Assembly (NCBI GenBank): GCA_963698765.1
Contig: CAVOSB010000026.1
Coordinates: 10,833 to 74,832 of the forward strand
Source of the DNA: an uncultured Chloroflexia bacterium
GTDB lineage: Bacteria; Chloroflexota; Anaerolineae; Anaerolineales; UBA4823
Reading direction: 5' to 3'
Length of the DNA stretch: 64,000 nucleotides
Positions within the stretch are counted from its first letter, which is position 1, and every line of letters begins with the position of its first letter. The position numbers and the translations under genes were made by a program. Below are positions 56,083 to 64,000 of the stretch, piece after piece. The notes beneath the pieces are model-generated. The model was not told the origin of the DNA and did not search any database. It worked only from the letters and a program-made list of their open reading frames with translations.

Positions 56083-58062
56083 TCAACTTGCCGAGGCCGC
56101 TTCCACGCTGGGAAAGCGGCTCAGGTCGGTATGCGGCAGGAACAGCGCCGACATAAACGCTTCGTAAAATGAGTTATCGGCCGACAGCTCGATATAGGTC
56201 ATGCGCGGAGGCGATTTCTTGGATGCGCTGGCGCGGCCCGGCGGTCCAGCAGGGCATAATAGGCGCCGCGGACCGAGGTGTTGCCCAGGAACTGAAAGCG
56301 CTCCCAGGGCATATCGGGCAGCAGGCCGATCTGCACGGCCTTTTCGACGTTGATGTACTTGCCAAACGAGCCGCCGATCAGCATCTGCTCGATCATCTCC
56401 AGCGGCACGCCGACCGACTCCGGCCAGCACGGTGAAACCGGCGTAGATGGCGGCTTTGGCGCGCAGCAGGTTGTCGATATCGACGTGGGTGATGACGATA
56501 TCCTGGCCGTGTGCGGTCTCAGCTGCCCAGGCGACCACATATTCCAGGCCGTGCTCGCCCTCGCGGATGCGCGGCGTGTCCAGGTGAGTGTTCAGGTTGC
56601 CGCCTTTATCGACCACGCCGGTCATGAACATCTCGGCCAGCAGCGAGATCAGCCGCTGCCGCAGAGTGCCGCGCGGCTTGCCCGCCCCCGATCACCCGGT
56701 AGGTCGGCTCGCTAGGTACTGCCGTTGATCCAGACTTCTTCGATGGCGCCGCGCGTGGCGCGCATCCCGCTGCTGCACACCGGCGCCTTCGAAGGCCGGG
56801 CCGGCCGAGCAGGCGCAGGTCACCAGCCATTCACTGCGAGCCCAGCACGATCTCGCCGTTGGTGCCGACATCCATGAACAGGGTGATCTGGTTGGTGTCG
56901 TCCATGCCCGAGGACAGCACCCCGGCGGTGATATCCGAGCCGACGTAGCTGGCGACGCCGGGCAGGCAGTCGACCATGCCTACCGGGTGGATCTTCAAGC
57001 CGACTCCTGGCTGCGGTGAGCAGCGGGATATGGTTGATGGCGGTGACGAAGGGCGCCAGGCGGATGGTGGCCGCCGGGATGCCCAGCAGCAGGTGGATCA
57101 TGGTGCTGTTGCCGGCGATGGTCGCCTTGACGATCTCGCTGCGGCTTGACCTTCGATCAGTGCTCGCCAAGCCTACGTCTGGCGCGCTTGCAGGCCGTCT
57201 CGATCAGGCTGTTGATGGTGTCCAGCACCAGTTCGCGCAGCTCCTGCCCGCCGCCGTTCTTGCCGGCGTAGACGATGCGCGAGATCACATCCTCGCCGCG
57301 GGCGATCTGGCCGTTGTATTCGGAGACCTGGGCCTTCACCTGCCCGCTGATCAGATCGACCAGCCAGACGGTGACGGTGGTGGTGCCGATGTCGATCGCC
57401 AGCTCCCCACAGCGGTTCGTCGTCCGGTACCTGCCCGGGCAGCAGATCGATCAGCCATTCCTCGATGGCGACTTGCCGTCGGGCGAGCCTCGCTGCAGCT
57501 GTCCAGCGATGGCGGTCACCTGCCAGTCTGCCATCGCGCAGCACCTCGCCCAGCTTGCGCAGCAGTCGGCAGACGGAGACTTTGACAGCCTGGTCGAAGC
57601 CGGCCTTGCTGGCGCAGGCCGGTCAGCAGGCGGCTCAGATCGTCGGTCTGGTCATCCATGCTGGGCAGGACTGAGAGACAGCCGCACCCGGCGGATGGTC
57701 TGGTCCAGCTCGGAGTTGTAGCCCGCCGGGACGCGTCACTTCGGCGCACGTCAGGTCGGTGGTCAGCCGGCGTTCGATCTTCTCCTGCGGCGGGACGTGG
57801 ACCTGACAATCGCCTTCGACCACCGTCTGGCAGGCCAGGGCGTAAGCCGGCTCGATATCCTCCGCTGGAAAGCCGCAGCGTGCTGCGGCGGCGCACGGCG
57901 CCTTCCAGGACCTGCACCGCACACCGCCCGCAGCGCCCCTGCCCTCCGCAAGGTTGCGCGATTTCGATCCCCGCCAGGCGCGCCGCTTCGCTGAGCAGCG
58001 TGCCGGTAGGCACCTGGACAGCTTCAGAGGACTCGATCGAACTTGACCTGATGAGATTTCAT
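56083..58062 (-). CDS. acsV: Reductive activator of corrinoid proteins (2Fe-2S + ASKHA/DUF4445), frameshifted
   Basis: CGGQGRCGRC...LACQ, AIDIGTTT, GEDVISRI, MDVGTNGE, LLRAKAAIYAG, IELS. Confidence 0.85.
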
Positions 58063-58078
58063 GTAGGCGTCAATCGAC

Positions 58079-58111
58079 AGACTTCCGAAGTCTCCAGGAC
58101 TTCGGAAGTCT
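58079..58111. repeat. Family B-like hairpin (AGACTTCCGAAGTC-N5-GACTTCGGAAGTCT)
   Basis: 14-bp inverted repeat between acsC and acsV. Confidence 0.85.
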
Positions 58112-58115
58112 CTGT

Positions 58116-59439
58116 TTATAAGCGCCTGTTTCATGAACTTCGGAAGATCGACCGCTTCGCGCGGGCCGACGCGGATTTCCCAGCCGGGCAGCTCTTCTTC
58201 CAGCTCGCCGGAAAGCACCGCCACGTGCCCGGGGAGCACCACCCGCTTGCGGCTGACTTTGTCGGCGAGGTTGAAGCTCTTGACGGCCTTGGCGATGCGC
58301 TCGGCGTCGAACTTGCCGGCCGCCCAGGCGGTGAGCACGCTCATGCCTTCGGCGTCGCACACCACCAGCCAGGCCGGCAGGCCGGAGCCTTCGACTTCGT
58401 TGGCCACGCTGAAGTAGGTGATGCTGAAGTTGGTGGTGACCAGCACCGGGCTGTCGGGCTTGGGGTTGTTGATCTCGTACATGCCGGGCTGCACCTGGAT
58501 CGGTTTCTGCGGGTCGGTGTAGATGTTCTGGCGCAGCACCAGCAGCGGATAGACCAGGCTCGGGGGCAGAAGTTGTCGAGCACGATGAAGCCGGCATACT
58601 TGGCGATCGCCTGCGCGGCCGCCTCGGGGTGTCTGCGGGAAGGCGATCAACGGGAAGCCCAGGGCGCGGAAGTTCTTCTTGAGCGCCAGGCGGCGAATCT
58701 GGGTGGTCAGGGCCAGCCAATCGCCCAGGCTGTCAGCTGGCGGGATCCAGCACCAGGTCTTCCACGCCTTTGGCCTTGATCTTCTCGGTCAGCTCGGCCA
58801 GCTCTTCCAGGTTGCCGGCGCTACGCCAGGGCAGCCTTGGCGCCTTTGGCCAGCTCGGCCATGGCCTCCCAGTTGTCGGCGTCGGCGCCATGCAGCAAGG
58901 CGTTTCGCCTGGCAGGGCTGCCAGGCCGGCGGCCATCACGGCCGGATCGCTTGCCGACCAGGATCAGCGGCCGCTTGGTGGCTGCGCGCACGGCTTTGAC
59001 CGCTGCGGCGAAACTTGCCGGCGTCGCCGCTGGCAGCTTCGACTGCGAAGCCGTCCAGGGTCAGCTCGATGCCGACGTAGTTGGCTGTAAGCGTCGGCGT
59101 CGGCTACGCTGCTTTTGAGCTGCCTCCGGCGAGCAGGTCATCGCTGAATTTGACGAACAGACCCGGCTTGTTGTAGAAGGTCTTCTCGTGGCGGAACAGC
59201 ACCACTTCGTTGCCGGCCTTCACCTCGTTGCCGTCCGCTTTGAGCGTCACCAGGCGGATGGGCGGGGCAGCCGATTCGGCCAGCTGGGCTTTGGATTCTT
59301 CGCTGACATACGGGCAGGCGGAAAGCTCGACCTGCTTGGCGGCCAGCTTCATGGCAAAGGCCAGGCAGGTGGGGAAACCGCATTCTTTACAGTTGGTCTG
59401 CGGAAGAAGTTTATAGATTTGAATTCCGGAAAGAGCCAT
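58116..59439 (-). CDS. acsC: Corrinoid iron-sulfur protein large (gamma) subunit, frameshifted
   Basis: LPQTNCKECGFPTCLAFA...CP, LRQNIYTDPQKP, TTNFSITYF, SVLTAWAAGKF, VGPREA. Confidence 0.93.
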
Positions 59440-59503
59440 ATTCACTCGTTTCTCCAATGATCTGATCGGTCCTAGTCAATCCGTACACGCGTTCAGGTGC
59501 AGT

Positions 59504-60471
59504 CTACAGTTCGGCTACCGCCATCAGCTCGTCGATGGCAGCCTTGACCCGCCGGACGCTCTCGGGATGGCGCAGGACGACGATATCGGCGCCGGATTCG
59601 AGCAGGGCGACGGCGGTCAGCGCTTCCCAGTTGATCGCCCGCTTCGCCAGTCGCCCCAGGCTTCCGGCACGCCTTCGCCGACCTTGGATTCCTTGGTCTT
59701 CCAGGCTTCGAAGCCGGGGGTGACCAGCATCGGGAGCTGGGTCATGGCGTCGCCCTGCAGGGCGGCCAGGCGCAGGCGCTCCATCACCGAGTAGCCATAC
59801 TCGATGCCGTAGCCCAGGGCGCCGGTGGTCGGGTCCATGAGGATGCGATCGAGCGGCAGGCCCATATCGCTGATCAGGATGTTGAGCTGCTTGGCCAGGT
59901 TGACATCCATCGGCGTGCGGGCGTTGACCAGGTGCCCGTTGGCCATGGCGGTGGCGACGATGGTGCGGTAGTTCTTGTCTTCGCAGATGCCCAGCACCAG
60001 GCGCTCGCCTTTGGTGGCTTCGGCCACCGCCACCAGCAGCTTGTTATCCACCTCGGCCTGGCCGGGGCCAAAGACGATCAGCGGCAGGCCGCTGGCTGCC
60101 AGCACGCTTTGACCGTGGCAACCGCTGCCTCCGGGGTGGTGGGATTGCCGTCCTGCGTCGGTCAGGCTAAGCGTCAGCTGGATCAGGTCGGCGCCGGCGG
60201 CTTCGGCAGCCTTGGCCCATCGGCCGGGTCATCGATCACCTCGCCCCAGGTCTTCAGCAGCAGCGGCGACCAGTCCTCCGGGCGGCGGTCGCGGATTTCA
60301 CAGCAACGACCGGGCGGTTGGGCGATGGCGCCTTCGAAGTGCATGAAGGGCAGGCAGTCTCGCCGCCCACGGTGACCGTCTGGTGCGCGTGCCGCCCTCG
60401 GCGGCCGTGGCGCCGATGGTCACCTCGCGCACGCTGCCAGGCCATTTGTCTTTTGGAATTTCAATAGGCAT
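59504..60471 (-). CDS. acsD: Corrinoid iron-sulfur protein small (delta) subunit, frameshifted
   Basis: VGGE..LPF.HFEG, DVNLAKQLN, MDPTTGALGYGIEY.YSVMERLRLAALQGD, LRHP. Confidence 0.92.
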
Positions 60472-60578
60472 ATGTTTCACTCCTGTTAGATTAGATGCTT
60501 TTTTGATTATTGGCTCAGACGATGGCTGTTATCTGGGAACAGATCGTTCTGAGTGCTCAGTGATACATCACAAGCTTA

Positions 60579-61087
60579 TTATTCCTGCCTTTGCGCTGCG
60601 TGCGGCTGGCGCTCGCGGCGCTGGATAAAGGTCTCCAGCGGCGATTGGCGCGCTGCGCTGATGCCCAGGTCGCGCAGCTCATCGTCATCCCGGGCGGCCA
60701 GGTGGCGCAGCAGGTGCTGGTAGGAGATCAGCGCCGCCGGGTACTCGATCCCGCCGGCATGATGCATCAGGAACAGCACCCGCACCCGCTGGTCCTGCAT
60801 CATCTGCGCGGCAGCTGTCAGCGGGATATCCGGCGGCACCTGGGCACATCGTCGCGCATGACATGCTTCGGCATTCAGCCCGACGCGGTTGGCCCGTGCG
60901 CATAGGCGTGCACCAGCTCCTCCTGGCTGACCACCCCCAGGGCGTGCCCTTCCTCGCGGATCCAGCACGACCACCGCTTCCAGCTCTTTTTCAGCAACAG
61001 CGCGCAAGATCCGACCACGGCGTATCCGGGCGCACAGGTCGCCACACCGACGGTCATCAGGTCGCGCACCAGTTCGGGAGATTGCAT
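60579..61087 (-). CDS. CBS domain pair protein (frameshifted)
   Basis: VRDLMTVGVATC, LGVVSQEEL, PPDIPLTAAAQMM, ALISYQHLL. Confidence 0.75.
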
Positions 61088-61203
61088 TCGTACGGTTGTT
61101 CGGATTATTGTTCAGTTTACAGCATCAGTGTACATCGCCATCAGAACACGGCAGCACTGGTTACCCTTGCCTGCACCTGATACTGATCACAGACTTCTGT
61201 ACT

Positions 61204-63499
61204 CTAGAACATCGGGTCCATCACCAGGGCCGGATGGTTGTGCTCTTCCAGCCAGGCCAGCAGCTCATCGACGGTGGTGACGTTGCGCTCGTCGGCGATC
61301 TTGTCGATCAGGTCCGGGTCGCCTTCGCGCTCGCAACCGCCTTCAACTCGTCGGCCATGGTCTCTTTGAGCACGCTGCTCATCCAGACCACGCGCTTGAA
61401 GCCGCCATCCGCGGAGATGAACTTGGGGCTGATCAGGTAGAACTTGCCGACGCCCATCACACCGGGGGTTTGCAGACCGCCGCCGGCGATGCCCGCCAGC
61501 GTGCTGAAGGTCATCCCGGCCGGGGTCATGCTGGTGTCTTCACGGCTGACCACCATCACGCCGTTGGCTTCGGGGATCAGCATCACGATGCACTCGAAGC
61601 AGCCGCAGGCGGTCATCGGGATTTTCCATGATCGAGTACATCGAGACTTCCTCGACCACGCCGTGCGAGCCGATCTTGGCGTAATCGTTGGTGCCCGTCC
61701 AGTAGCCTTTCTGCGAGTCGATCAGCTTGCCCGAGCTTGATCGGCTGGTTCGGGCCGGTGGGGTTGATGTTGAAGGAGGCCTTGCAGTCCAGCCAGTTGT
61801 ATGCGCCGCACAGGCCCAGGCGCTCCGGGCTGACCACGCAGACATGGTTGGGGGCAAAGGACTGGCACAGCGTGCAGGAGTAGAACTCTTCCACCTTGTC
61901 GTCGGTCAGGTCGGCCAGGCGCTTGTTGCGGAAATCGTAGGCCTCGCGGGCTTTGGCCAGCCATTCCTGGACCTTCTCCGGGTCGGTGTAGATCGTCACC
62001 TGGACTTTATCGACGATCGCGCCGAAATCGGTCTTGAAGCGGGCATGCAGGATCTTGCCAAAGTGCTCCAGGTTGAAGCCCTTCTCGGCAGCGCGCGTTG
62101 GAGATGCGGATCCAGGCGATGTCGCGCTGGCCGATGTGCTGGATGCCGGAAGCGCCGTTGACGAAGTAGTGGATCTGGCGCTCGAGCACCGGCTCGAAGT
62201 CTTCCTGCATCTGCCGCCCGGCGACCTTGACCACGATGCCCATGTCCATGTGACCCTGGGCAGGCGATCTCGTCGAAGGTCGGGCCGACCACTTCGACCT
62301 TGCCATCGACCACCTCATCCAGCGGCGCCATGTGCAGGTATTCGAAAGCAGCGCGAGTACTTGCCGCCAAACTCGACGCGCATATCGGTCTTGCGCACCA
62401 CTTCGCCTTCGAAGGCCGAGCCGTAAGGCACCGGCACGGGCACATCGGCGACTTTGACCTTGACGCCGCGCACTTCGATGCACTTCTGCACCAGGCGCTC
62501 GGCGCGCTCCAGGTCGTCCTTGCCGTCGATCTCGTTGAACGGCATGCTGACGACGTGCTCGTAGCGGGTGACGCCGGTGGGCAGGATTTCGGGGATGACC
62601 GTATCGGCGATGACCGGGAAGCCGAAGTTGATCGCCCCGGCGGCGGCGGCATATTTCAGGTCATCCACCTCGCCCAGCGCCAGCACAAAGGCGAAGACGC
62701 GCTCCTTGTTGTACATCAGGATATCGCGCGCCTGCCCGCCTTTCATCCCGCCGAAGGTCAGCGCGGAGCGGGTGGCAAAGCCCAGGGCATAGATGGCGCT
62801 GATCGTGTCGGTGCCGAAGGGCACGGTGTAGGTGTCGTAGCCCAGCTCGACGCCTTCTTCGATCCAGCTGGTGGATGATGCTGCGCCCGTTGACATTGCC
62901 GGACAGGAAGGTCAGGATGTTGCGCTTCTGCAGCTCACGCACGATCTTGACGGCGACTTCGTTGGATTTGGCGCAGCCGACGATGGCGGCAAAGCCGGGC
63001 ATACGCCCATCGACCAGCTGGATGCCCCACGAGCGCAGCTGGATATCATCGATCGGGCCGTTCAGATGGCCATCCAGACCCGTTGCCGCCGTGACCGTTA
63101 TCCGGGCTGGTGAAGGAGGTGCCGCCGGCCAGCTGGAAGCCGGGCATCGGCTCCGGCTGCAGGTCGTAGACAAAGCGGATGGCTTCGATGATCTCGGCGG
63201 CGAGCAGGGTCGCCATGCCGCTGTCGAGGGTTTCACCCAGGTAGGGCGTCCAGTGTTTGCTGGAGGGCAGTCGGGTGCAGCAGCTGGCGGGCATGCTCCA
63301 TGATCGGCTGCAAGCTGGCCCAGGGTCTCCACCTCCTTGCCGGTCATGCCCAGGATCAGCGGCAGGTAATAAGCGGTATTGGGAAAGGCGACCTTGGTAT
63401 CCGGGCCTTTTTCAGCCAGGGCTTTTGCAGCATCAGCTCTGCTTCGGTGACCAGGGCATTGGCGCCGCGGATGGCACGGGTTGCGATGTAACGAGACAT
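61204..63499 (-). CDS. acsB: Acetyl-CoA synthase, bacterial type (frameshifted)
   Basis: FPNT.YYLP, LVDGRMPGFA, VEFGG, FYSCTLCQSFAPNHVC..SPERLGLCGA, PMTACGCFECI. Confidence 0.95.
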
Positions 63500-63520
63500 A
63501 TGGATCTCTCCATACTCTGC

Positions 63521-64000
63521 TCAGTCAGCTGCCACGCCGTACAGAGCTTCACGGCGGCGTTCCAGTGACCGGCAGCTTCTTCCAGTCGAGCATGCGCGCG
63601 ATCGCCGCTGCGCCCAAACTTGTTGGGTCGTAAACCGGCAAGCCCAGGGCGGCGCGTTTCTTATCGATGTGGTCCAGCGTGCGTCTGGATCATCTCGTCC
63701 GGATCGGGGATGAATTCCATCTTGCCGCCGTAGAGCTTCTCCCAGCCTTCGCTGATGTAGTTCAGGACGATGTCGCTGTCGGCCACCCGGTCGGGCATGC
63801 CGCTGATCGGGGATGAGCCGCCGAAGATGACATAAGCGCCGGAAGCCACGCAGTAGGTGCCGATGGCCAGGGCTTTCTCGCTCATCCATTCCGGCGCCAG
63901 GCCGACCGCCGGGATCTGGTCGATATCATCGCCCAGGCCGCCTTCTTCCACCATCTGGGTCAGCACGGTCAGGATGCGGGTGTTATCCACGCAGGAGCCC
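63521..64000 (-). CDS. cooS: Anaerobic Ni-CO dehydrogenase catalytic subunit, 3' part
   Basis: GSCVDNTRI, APEWMSEKALAIGTYCVASG, HIDKKRAALG; directly upstream of acsB. Confidence 0.93.

Noticed and set aside
535..64000. Widespread pseudogenisation or programmed frameshifting
   Set aside because: Single-base indels hit unrelated genes indiscriminately while catalytic motifs stay intact; long-read consensus error is the simpler explanation.

Overview
Bacterial window, most likely from an anaerobic Chloroflexota (Anaerolineae-like) genome. This is inferred from the gene content, the YLP/FLP motif in secreted proteins and the style of the palindromic repeats. Many genes are split by single-base indels, consistent with an unpolished long-read assembly, so coordinates are reconstructed across frameshifts and approximate. 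Left to right: (1) a WD40 protein fragment and an 8x Calx-beta surface protein; (2) a minus-strand sulfur-respiration cluster (ArsR, triheme cytochrome c, split YeeE/YedE, PhsA/PsrA-B-C-like molybdoenzyme, cytochrome b, ~9-heme cytochrome c, Rieske protein), in which the second YeeE/YedE half has an in-frame TGA at the conserved Cys followed by a SECIS-like hairpin (predicted selenoprotein); (3) a ~17 kb glycosylation locus ending in a giant membrane-plus-TPR protein; (4) tRNA-Asp and housekeeping genes; (5) panB, an unknown 423-aa protein and a Glu/Leu/Phe/Val dehydrogenase-CBS fusion; (6) a sugar ABC/GH4/GH114 locus and MacA/MacB-like genes; (7) an AT-rich islet with a pentapeptide-repeat gene and a VapBC-type pair; (8) a Wood-Ljungdahl cluster (cooS/acsA, acsB, CBS protein, acsD, acsC, acsV, acsE, fused metV-metF). 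Intergenic spaces carry several families of short palindromic repeats, some nested inside each other.
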